Notes: a model not told the origin generated them from the letters alone. 64,000 bases of DNA from Saprospiraceae bacterium (GCA_050298535.1 JBNKUI010000039.1:51083-115082); one strand, 5' to 3'. Positions 39,312-49,920 are shown, counted from the stretch's first letter. Numbers and translations: made by a program.

Positions 39312-40856
39312 CTATCCTATGCTTTGCAGGAGTGTAGACATACTTGTTTTTTCCTGCAAGATGGACTTAAGTCCATTGATGGGTATCCTTTCTTGCTCCA
39401 GTGTGTCCCGATCGCGGATAGTTACTGAATCATCAGTGAGTGTATCGAAATCCACAGTCACACATAATGGAGTACCGATGGCATCCTGTCTTCTGTAGCG
39501 TCTTCCGATCGCATCTTTCTCATCATATTGGCACTGAATCTCAAACTTCAGGTCATCAAAGATTTTCGTTGCTTTTTCAGTCAACTCAGGCTTATTTTTC
39601 ACGAGAGGTAGGATTGCACATTTGATGGGTGCGATGGCTGGATTGAGCTTCATCACGGTTCTCGTAGAATCTTTGCCAGATGCATCAGGTACGGTTTCTT
39701 CCATCAGAGCGTTGCTAATCATAGCGAGAAACATGCGGTCGCAACCTATGGAGGTTTCCACCACGTAGGGTACATAATTCTTCTCCAGCGCAGGATCATA
39801 GTACTGGATCTTTCGTCCGGAAAGTTCCTGATGGCTGCTTAAGTCGAAGTCTGTTCGACTATGTATTCCTTCGAGCTCCCTAAAGCCAAAGGGAAAATCA
39901 AACTGAATGTCTACTGCGGCGTTGGCATAATGGGCAAGATTGTCATGATCGTGAAATCTCAATTTTTCAGCAGGGGTTCCTAGCGCCAGATGCCATTTAA
40001 GTCGCATATCTTTCCAATACTCATACCATTCCATTTCTTCTCCGGGACGGACGAAATACTGCATTTCCATTTGCTCAAACTCACGCATTCTAAAGATGAA
40101 TTGTCGTGCGACTATTTCATTTCTGAAGGCCTTTCCAATTTGTGCAATACCAAAAGGAATTTTTTGACGGCTGGTTTTTTGCACATTCAGGAAATTCACA
40201 AAAATACCTTGAGCCGTCTCTGGTCTCAGGTAAAGCTTTCCTTCTTCCCCGGCGATATTGCCCAGCTGTGTAGAAAACATGAGGTTAAACTGCCGTACGT
40301 CGGTCCAGTTTCGTGAGCCACTCTCCGGACAGGCAATATTGAGTTCCTCAATCAATGCCTTCATATCTTCGAGATCACCTTTCTTCATATCATCAGCTAA
40401 CCGCTTGAGGATGGTGTCCCGCTCACCCAGATACCGCTTCACACGATCATTGGTATTCATGTACTGTTCTCGGTCAAATGAGTCCCCAAATCGCTTGGCA
40501 GCCTTTGCTATTTCCTTCTCGGCCTTAGCCTCCAGTTTGTCCGCATATTCTTCGACGAGCACATCAGCACGGTATCTCTTCTTGCTATCCTTGTTATCGA
40601 TCAGGGGATCATTGAATGCATCGACGTGACCACTCGCTTTCCAGGTCTTTGGGTGCATGAAAATGGCAGCATCTATACCCACTATATTTTCATGTCGCTG
40701 CACCATGGATTTCCACCAGTACTCTTTAATATTATTTTTTAATTCTACTCCATTTGGCCCGTAATCATATACAGCCGCTAGAGTATCATAGATTTCACTG
40801 GACTGAAAAATAAATCCATATTCTTTAGCGTGTGAAACGACCTGTTTAAAATCCAT
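39312..40856 (-). CDS. glyQS: Glycine--tRNA ligase (homodimeric class II type)
   Basis: 514 aa. MDFKQVVSHAKEYGFIFQSSEIY, LRPETAQGIFVNF, FRNEI. Confidence 0.95.
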   Translation of the reverse strand: MDFKQVVSHAKEYGFIFQSSEIYDTLAAVYDYGPNGVELKNNIKEYWWKSMVQRHENIVGIDAAIFMHPKTWKASGHVDAFNDPLIDNKDSKKRYRADVLVEEYADKLEAKAEKEIAKAAKRFGDSFDREQYMNTNDRVKRYLGERDTILKRLADDMKKGDLEDMKALIEELNIACPESGSRNWTDVRQFNLMFSTQLGNIAGEEGKLYLRPETAQGIFVNFLNVQKTSRQKIPFGIAQIGKAFRNEIVARQFIFRMREFEQMEMQYFVRPGEEMEWYEYWKDMRLKWHLALGTPAEKLRFHDHDNLAHYANAAVDIQFDFPFGFRELEGIHSRTDFDLSSHQELSGRKIQYYDPALEKNYVPYVVETSIGCDRMFLAMISNALMEETVPDASGKDSTRTVMKLNPAIAPIKCAILPLVKNKPELTEKATKIFDDLKFEIQCQYDEKDAIGRRYRRQDAIGTPLCVTVDFDTLTDDSVTIRDRDTLEQERIPINGLKSILQEKTSMSTLLQSIG

Positions 40857-40875
40857 TAGAGGTTGTGATTATTTT

Positions 40876-42456
40876 TTAAAATTCAGAAGTGAAATGAAAT
40901 TCAATTTTAGGAAAGTTTTCCTGTGCCATTTTTAAAGCCCAGGCGGACTCCGCCATAAAAACCAAATTTCCATCTTTATCCCGTGCTATATCTTTTTTAC
41001 GTTGTGATACGATTTTTCGGATTGCTTCACTATCGTCAGAAGTTATCCAGCAAGCTTTATGCAATGGCATGGGTTCATACGTGCAGGATGCACCATATTC
41101 GTGTTCAAGTCGGTATTGTATCACTTCAAACTGCAGTGCACCAACCGTACCAATTATTTTTCGATTATTATCTTCTTTTACAAATAACTGTGCCACACCC
41201 TCTTCGGTCAGTTGCTGGAGACCCTTGTCCAACTGTTTTGATTTCAGGGGGTTTGCATTGTTGATATATCTAAACTGCTCGGGTGAAAAACTGGGTATAC
41301 CCTTGAAATGTAAATCTTCACCATCCGTAAGGGTATCTCCAATTTTAAAATTTCCGGAATCATACAATCCGACGATATCACCTGGATAGGCCTCATCTAG
41401 AATTGATTTCTTAGAGGCCATAAATGCTGTCGGGTTGGAGAATTTCATCTTCTTTCCTTTCCGTACATGCATGTAGTTTGTATTCCTTTCAAATTTACCG
41501 GAACAAATGCGTAGAAAGGCAATCCGGTCGCGGTGCTTGGGATCCATATTGGCATGAATCTTAAAAACAAAGCCGCTAAAATTGTTTTCATCGGGTGTCA
41601 CCAATCGTTCCTCCGTTTGACGGGCTTTCGGTGGTGGTGCAATTTGGATAAAGCAATCCAGTAGTTCTTTTACTCCAAAGTTATTAATGGCACTGCCAAA
41701 AAAGACCGGTGAGATATCTCCGGCCAAATAAGCGTCACGATCAAACTTGGGATAGACAGTTGTTACGATTTCAAGTTCTTCTCGCAGTTCTTCTGCCGCT
41801 GATGCACCCACGTGAGCATCAAGCGCTGGATCAGAGATATCCTTAAACTCAATGACCTCTTCCTGTTTTCTCTTGCCATGTGGCTGAAAGAGATTCAGCT
41901 TCTGTTCGTATAGATTGTACACCCCCTTAAATCGTTGCCCCATGCCAATGGGCCAGCTTAGCGGTTTCACAGTAAGTCCCAGCTTCCCTTCGATTTCATC
42001 CAATAGATCAAAACCATCACGACCTTCCCTATCCAACTTATTGATGAATACGATGATAGGTGTCTTGCGCATCCGACAGACTTCGACTAGCTTCTCGGTC
42101 TGAGGCTCCACCCCTTTCGCTACGTCGATTACGACAATGACACTATCCACGGCGGTGAGTGTACGATAGGTGTCTTCCGCAAAATCCTGGTGACCAGGTG
42201 TATCCAGAATGTTGATTTTCAGACCTTCATATTCAAAAGCCATGACAGAGGTGGCGACAGAGATACCCCGCTGCCGCTCAATATCCATAAAATCAGACGT
42301 GGCATGTCGCTTGATCTTGTTGCTTTTGACCGCACCCGCCTCCTGGATGGCACCCCCAAAAAGCAGTAGCTTTTCGGTCAGGGTAGTCTTACCGGCATCC
42401 GGGTGACTAACAATGGCAAAGGTTCGTCTCTTTTGTATCTCAGAAGTCAGACTCAA
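40876..42456 (-). CDS. prfC: Peptide chain release factor 3
   Basis: 526 aa. [42 protein letters not shown]. Apparent TTG start. Confidence 0.95.
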   Translation of the reverse strand: MSLTSEIQKRRTFAIVSHPDAGKTTLTEKLLLFGGAIQEAGAVKSNKIKRHATSDFMDIERQRGISVATSVMAFEYEGLKINILDTPGHQDFAEDTYRTLTAVDSVIVVIDVAKGVEPQTEKLVEVCRMRKTPIIVFINKLDREGRDGFDLLDEIEGKLGLTVKPLSWPIGMGQRFKGVYNLYEQKLNLFQPHGKRKQEEVIEFKDISDPALDAHVGASAAEELREELEIVTTVYPKFDRDAYLAGDISPVFFGSAINNFGVKELLDCFIQIAPPPKARQTEERLVTPDENNFSGFVFKIHANMDPKHRDRIAFLRICSGKFERNTNYMHVRKGKKMKFSNPTAFMASKKSILDEAYPGDIVGLYDSGNFKIGDTLTDGEDLHFKGIPSFSPEQFRYINNANPLKSKQLDKGLQQLTEEGVAQLFVKEDNNRKIIGTVGALQFEVIQYRLEHEYGASCTYEPMPLHKACWITSDDSEAIRKIVSQRKKDIARDKDGNLVFMAESAWALKMAQENFPKIEFHFTSEF

Positions 42457-42481
42457 GTGTTATCTCTTTTCAAAACGGCTG

Positions 42482-42489
42482 CAAAGATA
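42482..42489 (-). promoter_or_regulatory. Candidate -7 promoter box (TATCTTTG) of the prfC-glyQS unit
   Basis: Exact TAnnTTTG on the minus strand, 25 nt upstream of the prfC start. Confidence 0.45.
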
Positions 42490-42589
42490 GTAGTAAAATG
42501 TACAAATTGACCACTTTAAGGGGCTAAGTATTAATAGCTTAGCTTTGTTCCAGGAAAGTTCTATATTCAGTGATGCTGATAAACATGCA

Positions 42590-44146
42590 ATGGAAAGAGA
42601 TTGGCAGCAGATAATTGTCCGGAATTGGGCCATTTCACTACTGGTTGGAATTAAGCTCTTTCTCCATTTAATGGCAATCAAAAAATATGGATTTCACAGG
42701 GATGAGTTTTTGTATCTCGTGCAGGGCGATCATCTTATGTGGGGCTATCTTGAAGTACCTCCCTTCATTGCCGCAGTGGGCAGACTAGCTACAAGTATCT
42801 TCGGTACAGATATTGTAGGAATTCGTCTATTTCCGCTTCTGGCATCCATCCTCATATTGGTTTTAATCTGGCGGATGGTAAAACTGCTAGGGGGCGGTAA
42901 TTATGCAACATTAATTGCAGGGGTGGCTTTTGTATTCAATCCAGCTTTTCTGAGGTCTGGTTTACTATTCCAACCCGTGGTTTTTAATCAACTGTGGTGG
43001 GTGCTCTGCTCATTTTTTCTCATAAGGATCATAAAATATGAGAAGCGATCAGATTGGATAAAGCTGGGATTCATTGCTGGTATCAGTTTTCTGACCAAGT
43101 ACTCGATAGTCTTCTTTCTGACTGCCTTGATACTGGGTGCACTTCTAAATCGGAAATATAAATGGTTTATCAGGCCAGAACTATACATTGCTTTGGGCGT
43201 AGCTACTCTAATAGCCCTTCCCAATTTGTGGTGGCAATACGATCATAATTTTCCGATCATTCATCACATGAAGGAGCTTCGTGAAACGCAGTTAGTGAAT
43301 GTAAGTACGTCCTCTTTTATCGTGAGCCAATTAATCATGTCGTTTGGTGGGTCGATAGTTTGGATAGCGGGATTGGTTTATCTTTTTCGTCGTGAAGTAA
43401 GGTCTTTTCGCATGTTTGGCTATGGCTTTTTCATACTTATGTTTTTCCTGATCATAGGGAGTGGGAAGGCATATTATTCCCTTGGCGTTTATCCTATGCT
43501 CTTTGCATTTGGAGGAATGGCATGGTCTGAGTGGTTGCTCAGGAAGGTGCCACAGTGGAATTTTATCTTAGCGGGTTTTGTTTTTTTTCTGAATATTTGG
43601 ATTCTACCCTATGGTTTGCCAATTCTACATGTTGAGCATATGAAGAGCTATGGTAAGTGGATGGCCGAAAAGTTTGGACTTTCGATGCCGTTGGTATGGG
43701 AGGATGGAATACAAAGAATTCTGCCCCAGGATTATGCTGATATGTTTGGATGGGAAGAAATGGCCCAGAAAGTCTCTCGTGTATATAACGAATTGGATCC
43801 CGAGGTGAGAAGAAAAACAATATTATATGGAGGAGGTTACTCGCATACTGCTACCTTAAACTTCTATCGAAAGAAGTATCTCTATCCCGAAGTATACAGT
43901 TTGAATAACAGTTTCGTCCTTTGGGTTCCCAGCGATCTCAATTTCGAAAATCAAATTGAAATCGATGATCGCTTACATGATACCTCACAGTATTTCAATT
44001 CAGTTGTACTCATGGATAGTATCGAAAATTCAAATGCTCGTGAAAGGGGGTATATATATCTGAAAACTGATCCCAAAATGGATTTACAGTCAGTTTGGAA
44101 AGATCTTGTGAATTCCGAACGTGCTGTTTTTCAAAGTAGAGACTAA
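42590..44146 (+). CDS. GT39/ArnT-like polytopic glycosyltransferase (PMT_2 type)
   Basis: YGFHRDEFLYLVQGDHLMWGYLEVPPF N-terminal loop motif and about 11 TM segments. ATG at 42590 is preferred over TTG at 42545. Confidence 0.75.
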   Translation: MERDWQQIIVRNWAISLLVGIKLFLHLMAIKKYGFHRDEFLYLVQGDHLMWGYLEVPPFIAAVGRLATSIFGTDIVGIRLFPLLASILILVLIWRMVKLLGGGNYATLIAGVAFVFNPAFLRSGLLFQPVVFNQLWWVLCSFFLIRIIKYEKRSDWIKLGFIAGISFLTKYSIVFFLTALILGALLNRKYKWFIRPELYIALGVATLIALPNLWWQYDHNFPIIHHMKELRETQLVNVSTSSFIVSQLIMSFGGSIVWIAGLVYLFRREVRSFRMFGYGFFILMFFLIIGSGKAYYSLGVYPMLFAFGGMAWSEWLLRKVPQWNFILAGFVFFLNIWILPYGLPILHVEHMKSYGKWMAEKFGLSMPLVWEDGIQRILPQDYADMFGWEEMAQKVSRVYNELDPEVRRKTILYGGGYSHTATLNFYRKKYLYPEVYSLNNSFVLWVPSDLNFENQIEIDDRLHDTSQYFNSVVLMDSIENSNARERGYIYLKTDPKMDLQSVWKDLVNSERAVFQSRD

Positions 44147-45018
44147 TCCATATCAAAGAATACTCCCACTTCGTAAGCATTGGCAGCATACGTGATCTCA
44201 CCACGGACAGGTGATGAAATACTGGCTGATATCCCAAGCTTTTCTGTGATATAGTAATTGGCTTCCACCTGCAGAGAAGTTACTTCTGTGTTATTCGCAA
44301 AAATGCCGGATGTGATCACCTGAGAGGCATCTTTTCCATTCTTAAATGATTCGATCATGTTTAACCGTCCGATGAGCCACACACGCTGATTAAAAAGATT
44401 TTTTCCGACCTCTACATGCAGACGAAATTCATCGGAGAATCCCTTTGTACGATTGTTAAAACCTGAGGTCACTTTGCCATAAGATGGAGAAGAGCCAGAT
44501 CCCAGGCCAAACCCCACCTCCAGCTGCAACATTTGGTTGAATTCGCCATCACCGGTTTGGAGCGCACCGTCGATACCTCCTGCGCTTTCACCCAGGGGAA
44601 GTCCCAGCGTAAGGATCGATGAAAGCACGATGCCCCGGTCCACAGGCGTCAGGCCAATCTTTATTCCCACATTCGGATCACCTATACTATTGATTGCTTC
44701 GCCGCTTTTTAGAGTTTCACCGGTAGTGCCTGATATTTGATTATTGAAGTAGTTTCGGCTGAACACGGGAAAATAGACAATACCAGTGATACGGTTAGAA
44801 AAGCCATACTCTGCATACATTGAAGTGGTAAATAGACCGGAGGTAATATTTGGATCTTTAAGTCCCGTATCCGTATAATGCTTGTCTGCAATCATCCACC
44901 ATTCAGAAATCTTAAAGTATCCTTTTCCTTTCGGCTGAGGCCACCCGCCTGCCGATAATGTTGGCAGGAATAGAACATTTAACAAAATGATCGTCAGAAA
45001 ATATTTCACGGATCTCAT
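44143..45018 (-). CDS. Hypothetical outer-membrane beta-barrel protein
   Basis: 291 aa. Signal peptide, alternating amphipathic beta-strand pattern, Gly/aromatic-rich. Its stop overlaps the convergent GT39 stop (CTAA). Confidence 0.5.
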   Translation of the reverse strand: MRSVKYFLTIILLNVLFLPTLSAGGWPQPKGKGYFKISEWWMIADKHYTDTGLKDPNITSGLFTTSMYAEYGFSNRITGIVYFPVFSRNYFNNQISGTTGETLKSGEAINSIGDPNVGIKIGLTPVDRGIVLSSILTLGLPLGESAGGIDGALQTGDGEFNQMLQLEVGFGLGSGSSPSYGKVTSGFNNRTKGFSDEFRLHVEVGKNLFNQRVWLIGRLNMIESFKNGKDASQVITSGIFANNTEVTSLQVEANYYITEKLGISASISSPVRGEITYAANAYEVGVFFDMD

Positions 45019-45034
45019 GTGAGAAATTATTTAT

Positions 45035-45730
45035 TTAATCATTTATTTTTCCATCACCCACCTTCACACGAAAAGGTTTGCAGAAATACAAGAGATATCC
45101 ATAGTCCTGGATATCTACATTTTCGATAAGGTACTCATGTGCGCCATTAAAAACGGTGACAGGTGAAATTTCCAATGAACCGTCTATGGTATTTGGATTA
45201 TTAGTGAGATAGAGTACGAGACCTGGCAAGCTGGAAGAGGCACGATAATCATCGGCAATTTGCAATGTCAGATCATCCCCTGTCTGTTGCAGAGTAAATG
45301 AGCCCTCAAGTACATAACTACTGGTGGTTTTTATCGTACCCGATTTACTGTCATTATTCAGTACGGTACTTTCGCCTACTACAACATCGGCCTGATCTAT
45401 CAGCTCGACCCCATCCACCACCGCAGTGACCTGAATGGTGGCACTGCCGGATTGCAAGGCATTGGCGTTGCCATCTTGAGAAATTTCAATTACCTCTGGA
45501 TCACTGCTCTGCCATTGTACATCTGTTACTTGACCTTCGCTACCTGTCTCATCCAAATATAAGTACTCGAAAGGGTACTCACTATTTAGGGCCACGGTGT
45601 CTGGCGCATTCGTAATGCGGATTGTTTTTACCACTTCGTCAAAAACAATATCATCTCCGATACAACTAATGAAAGTGCCTGACAGGAATGCTGCAGAAAT
45701 AATGCATGCTGTAAATATTTTTACCCTCAT
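45035..45730 (-). CDS. Lipoprotein with Big_2 (Ig-like) domain and C-terminal DM13-like domain
   Basis: MRVKIFTACIISAAFLSGTFISC lipobox. VQWQSSDPEVIEISQDGNANALQSGSATIQVTA is Big_2. SGTIKTTSSYVLEGSFTL...LPGLVLYLTNN...GAHEY is DM13-like. Confidence 0.65.
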   Translation of the reverse strand: MRVKIFTACIISAAFLSGTFISCIGDDIVFDEVVKTIRITNAPDTVALNSEYPFEYLYLDETGSEGQVTDVQWQSSDPEVIEISQDGNANALQSGSATIQVTAVVDGVELIDQADVVVGESTVLNNDSKSGTIKTTSSYVLEGSFTLQQTGDDLTLQIADDYRASSSLPGLVLYLTNNPNTIDGSLEISPVTVFNGAHEYLIENVDIQDYGYLLYFCKPFRVKVGDGKIND

Positions 45731-45845
45731 GGATCTTACATCTGGTATTAGACGCAAAGTAAATGGCAGAGTATCACAATTGTATCACAGAAACAGGTGC
45801 AAAGCACTGTCAAATAACGCATGGACGACACTTGTGGTAAGTATT

Positions 45846-46091
45846 TCAGCAGAATTTCCCGGCAAAATCGATATCATCAATCGCTAGAATACGATCAAGT
45901 CGAATTTCTTCCTGCTGACTGGTGATGAGGTATTCTTCTTTGTTTCTGGTAACTAAATCAGAAATCTTTGTCCTGATTTCCAGCGGACCCTGATCTCCCG
46001 TATAGTGTAAGGATATTTCTTTTCTTTGAGTGGCCATGGCTTCCAATACATCGTATAGATTACAATCTATGGGTGTATATTTATTCTCCAT
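45846..46091 (-). CDS. rof: Rof (YaeO) family protein, putative Rho-binding anti-terminator
   Basis: 81 aa. YTPIDCNLYDVLE...ISDLVTRNKEEYLI...EIRLDRI aligns by eye with E. coli Rof YQPINCDDYDNLE...ASDLVSRKNVEYLV...ELRLDKI. The ATG lies 11 nt inside the upstream decarboxylase gene. Confidence 0.7.
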   Translation of the reverse strand: MENKYTPIDCNLYDVLEAMATQRKEISLHYTGDQGPLEIRTKISDLVTRNKEEYLITSQQEEIRLDRILAIDDIDFAGKFC

Positions 46092-47493
46092 TTAGCATTT
46101 TTTGACCCAATTCTTCAATATGATCCAGCAGCCCTTCTAAAATTGATGGGTTGCTAGAGGCATTCATGATCACGATACGAAGATATCTTATGTCCCGTAT
46201 TTCTGTAGAGGTAATGTAATATTCACCTTGGGCTACCAAAAGTTCCCGTAACTTTAATTGATTGAGGCGCTCGGGGTAATATTGAAAACATACAATATTT
46301 GATTCGACGGGGATGGGACTGTAAAAACCTTCACGTCGTGAAAGCATTTGATGAAATTGATGTGCCAGGTCATATACGGCGTCAACGTATTGAGCCATTC
46401 CTTCTTCACCTTCCATAGCCATGACCAGAAATAACTTGGTAGCGAGTCCACTTTTAGTGCATTCGATTTGATAGGGAATAATATCGAATCCGGGATTTTC
46501 CTTCTCGTGAAAAAGATAGCTGGCTTTCTGCCGCAATGTCTGCCGCATGCTTGACTTATCGCGATAAAGCAGAGCAGTAGAGAGTGATCCTGTCCGCATC
46601 ATCTTATGTGCATCCCATACCATGGAGTCAGCTAGTTCAATACCGTCTAGGTGAGATCGGTACTTGCTGGATAGGAGTGCAGTGGCACCATGGGGGCTAT
46701 CGACATGAAACCAAATCTTCTCCTTTTGAGCTATGGTCCCAATTTCCCTAAGCGGGTCATGTAGTCCGGTGGAGGTGGCACATGCATTGGCTACAATCGC
46801 CATGATGCGCTTACCAGCTGCTCGTACTTCAGCAATTACCCTTTCGAGAGCTTCCGGAATAATCACTTCATTTTCGTCCGTAGGAATACCCATAATGGCT
46901 GATGAGCCCAACCCAATGATACCTATAGCTCTCGCAATAGAATAATGAGCATTTTCGGAAGCTAGAATCACCAGATCGTCAGGCACACCTTTCTCCCACG
47001 CATCGGGAGCAATAACTGCCCTGGCGGTCAACATGGCATGTATATTGGCGAGCGAACCGCCATGCGTAAACACTCCGGATCCATTGGCAGACCATCCTAT
47101 TTTCTCTAACATCCACTTGACCATTTCCAACTCTACAGTAGCAGCTGAGGGTCCCATTTCATATATGGACATGGGGTTAGCAATCACACCATGAATCAAA
47201 TCGCCCATCATACTTCCCACATGAGGCACCGCCACCTGGTGACCCATATATTTGGGATGATGCATATGCATGGAGAGCTGCAGATAATTTTTCAAAAAGT
47301 CAGCCATTCCTTCCGGACGAAGTCCTCCGTTTCGGATATATTGTGGCAGCTCGAGAATGTCAGAAATCTCTTTCCAGTCTCTGAGGTCGACCACCGCGCC
47401 CTCTCCTTTTTCACTGGAGGTAAGGTAGTCAGATAGTTCCGCGATGGTTTCCCCGGCTAGTGTTTTGAAATCAGGTGCTTTTCTGTGTGTCAT
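46081..47493 (-). CDS. Group II PLP-dependent amino-acid decarboxylase
   Basis: 470 aa. GGSLANIHAML, WFHVDSPHGA, DAHKMM (PLP lysine). Confidence 0.85.
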   Translation of the reverse strand: MTHRKAPDFKTLAGETIAELSDYLTSSEKGEGAVVDLRDWKEISDILELPQYIRNGGLRPEGMADFLKNYLQLSMHMHHPKYMGHQVAVPHVGSMMGDLIHGVIANPMSIYEMGPSAATVELEMVKWMLEKIGWSANGSGVFTHGGSLANIHAMLTARAVIAPDAWEKGVPDDLVILASENAHYSIARAIGIIGLGSSAIMGIPTDENEVIIPEALERVIAEVRAAGKRIMAIVANACATSTGLHDPLREIGTIAQKEKIWFHVDSPHGATALLSSKYRSHLDGIELADSMVWDAHKMMRTGSLSTALLYRDKSSMRQTLRQKASYLFHEKENPGFDIIPYQIECTKSGLATKLFLVMAMEGEEGMAQYVDAVYDLAHQFHQMLSRREGFYSPIPVESNIVCFQYYPERLNQLKLRELLVAQGEYYITSTEIRDIRYLRIVIMNASSNPSILEGLLDHIEELGQKMLNGE

Positions 47494-47594
47494 CTACTTT
47501 GCTGATCTAGATCGGTCTAAATTCCGAAATATTCGCGACTAAAATCCTGTTGGCATAATGAGATTAGTCTTTGACATAAATTTTCTGTCGATCG

Positions 47595-48644
47595 ATGGTA
47601 GATTTCCGTACTTTGATGGTAGTGCGGCGAGAGTTTTTTGGACATCTGTTGTTTTGGGTTGTACTCACCCTCACCTACGCCATATCCGACTGGGGTCACA
47701 TGCCCGGTTTGGGGGATGCCATATTATATGAGTTGATCTATCTGCCAGTGCGCCTATTTTCCGTGTATATAAATTGGTACTTGCTGATTCCACGCCTCTT
47801 GTACAAGGGTAGAATTACCGTCTATGTTGCTTGCCTTGCTTTACTCCTTGTGGGTAGTGCCGTGGCTCAGCGGTTCTTTACTCTCTATTGGGCTTATCCT
47901 GTCTTCTTTCCTGAGTATGTCACTAGTCCTGTCAATCCTTTTGAGTTCATTCGGGTAGTACAGAGTATTGTCGTCATTGCCTCTTCTGTTGCTTTTGCCA
48001 CAGGTATCAAATTATTCTTGGATTGGTATGAAGAGCGGAATCGCAATCGAAAACTGGCACTGGAAAAGCGGGAAGCTGAGCTCAAATATCTTAAGGCACA
48101 GATTAATCCCCATTTTCTGTTTAATGCACTCAATAATATTTATGGTCTTGCCCTGGAGCGTTCAAGAAATGTGCCTCGTCTTATACTGAAATTATCGGAG
48201 TTGCTTAGCTTTTCCATTTATGAGTCTTCCTCAGAGTATATTACCCTGAAGCAGGAGATTGAATTAATAGAGGGCTATATCGAACTGGAACGGTCACGGT
48301 ACGAGGGCAAAGTGAATATAAAGTTTGATATAGCAGAGGATCTCGACCCAAAGATGAAAATAGGGCCCTTGTTGCTAATGCCATTGGTTGAAAATGCATT
48401 TAAATTTTGTGATACATCTGATGCCACGCCGTATGTACATTTTTCCATGAGTGTCAAGGGAACGGTGTTATTTTTTTCCAGTGAAAATTCAATAGTGGAT
48501 GAGCTACAAGAAAGTACAGATGGAATCGGATTGAAAAATTTGAAAAGACGATTACAATTATTGTATCCCGATCATCATACACTGATCCTTGATAGAAGGC
48601 CCCATGCTTTTAATGTAGTTCTTCAAATTCCGGCATATGCGTAA
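47595..48644 (+). CDS. LytS/YehU-type sensor histidine kinase (membrane N-terminus, His_kinase domain)
   Basis: 349 aa. Four N-terminal TM segments, coiled-coil, INPHFLFNALNNI and a GHKL-like C-terminus. Confidence 0.85.
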   Translation: MVDFRTLMVVRREFFGHLLFWVVLTLTYAISDWGHMPGLGDAILYELIYLPVRLFSVYINWYLLIPRLLYKGRITVYVACLALLLVGSAVAQRFFTLYWAYPVFFPEYVTSPVNPFEFIRVVQSIVVIASSVAFATGIKLFLDWYEERNRNRKLALEKREAELKYLKAQINPHFLFNALNNIYGLALERSRNVPRLILKLSELLSFSIYESSSEYITLKQEIELIEGYIELERSRYEGKVNIKFDIAEDLDPKMKIGPLLLMPLVENAFKFCDTSDATPYVHFSMSVKGTVLFFSSENSIVDELQESTDGIGLKNLKRRLQLLYPDHHTLILDRRPHAFNVVLQIPAYA

Positions 48645-49332
48645 AATCCATTGCCTTATCATAGATGACGAGCCGGTCGCCCGTCGTATCATAGAGGGCT
48701 ATCTCGCCAAAAATGATGCATATCAGGTACTGGGTAGCTGCGAAAATGTGGGTGAAGCACAGTCGGTGTTGAGGAATCATGATGTGGATCTAATGTTTCT
48801 TGATTTGGAAATGCCCAGGATTCACGGATTTACTTTTTTAGAGACTTTAGAAGGTAGGAGACCGGAGGTTATTATTACTACCGCACACAGAAATTATGCG
48901 CTTAAGGGTTACGAATTTGAAGTGCTCGATTACTTATTAAAGCCGATTAGTTTTGAGAGATTTTCCCGAGCACTGGCAAGGATGGATCAGCGGATGCATA
49001 GCGCAAATGCATCACGCGCTCTGGTATCGCCAGACAAAGAGTATCTGTATGTAAAAGTCGATCGGAAAATGTTGAAGCTGCCCCAGGATTCGATTTTATT
49101 TATCGAAGGTATGAGCAATTATGTTCGAATTTACAGTGGCGATGAAAAGCACCTGGTGTATTCATCCCTGCAGGAAATTATGAAAAGTTTACAGAGTGAT
49201 TTTATCCGTGTACATAAATCGTATATCGTCAATCGGAGTAAGATTAATGCCTTCAGCAGGGATATGATCGAGATCGGTACCCAGCAAATACCCATAGGTT
49301 CCACATATAAAGAAGTGATCGAGCACCTCTAA
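48637..49332 (+). CDS. LytTR/AlgR family response regulator
   Basis: 231 aa. Receiver domain (LIIDDEP, LDLEMP, KP) and LytTR DNA-binding domain (FIRVHKSYIVN). 8-nt overlap with the kinase gene. Confidence 0.9.
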   Translation: MRKIHCLIIDDEPVARRIIEGYLAKNDAYQVLGSCENVGEAQSVLRNHDVDLMFLDLEMPRIHGFTFLETLEGRRPEVIITTAHRNYALKGYEFEVLDYLLKPISFERFSRALARMDQRMHSANASRALVSPDKEYLYVKVDRKMLKLPQDSILFIEGMSNYVRIYSGDEKHLVYSSLQEIMKSLQSDFIRVHKSYIVNRSKINAFSRDMIEIGTQQIPIGSTYKEVIEHL

Positions 49333-49344
49333 CCATAAGCTGAC

Positions 49345-49920
49345 TTATTTCTGACACTCTTTCCATCGAAAACAATCCATCGTATGATCATTCACCATAC
49401 CTACGGCCTGCATGAATGCGTAACAAATAGTGGATCCGATAAATTTAAATCCTCTTTTTTTCAGGTCTTTACTGATTTGATCGCTAAGGTCTGTTTTTGC
49501 GGGTACTTCTTGGATGCTCTGCCAGTGGTTGACGATGGGTGTACCATCCACGTAATCCCATAGATATTCATCCAGTGTCGTGCCTTCTTCTCGAAGGGTC
49601 AGATACGCTTCTGCATTAGTGACGACGGCATGCACTTTCAATCGGTTGCGTACGATGCCCGGATCCAGCAATATTTTGGCAATTCGTTTGTCCGAATATC
49701 GAACAATTTTCTGCGGGTTAAATGCATCAAAAACACGTCTATAATTTTCCCTTTTATTTAGAATGGTGATCCAACTCAGTCCGGCTTGAGCACCCTCCAG
49801 ATTGAGCATTTCAAAAAGTATTTGATCATCATGCTCAGGGACCCCCCACTCATGGTCATGGTAGTCTTGGTATAGGGGCGAATCTGATACCCAGGCACAT
49901 CTGTTTTTCTTCATTTTCAT
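49345..49920 (-). CDS. tag: DNA-3-methyladenine glycosylase I
   Basis: 191 aa. RCAWVSDSPLYQDYHDHEWGVP and EGAQAGLSW. Confidence 0.92.
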   Translation of the reverse strand: MKMKKNRCAWVSDSPLYQDYHDHEWGVPEHDDQILFEMLNLEGAQAGLSWITILNKRENYRRVFDAFNPQKIVRYSDKRIAKILLDPGIVRNRLKVHAVVTNAEAYLTLREEGTTLDEYLWDYVDGTPIVNHWQSIQEVPAKTDLSDQISKDLKKRGFKFIGSTICYAFMQAVGMVNDHTMDCFRWKECQK

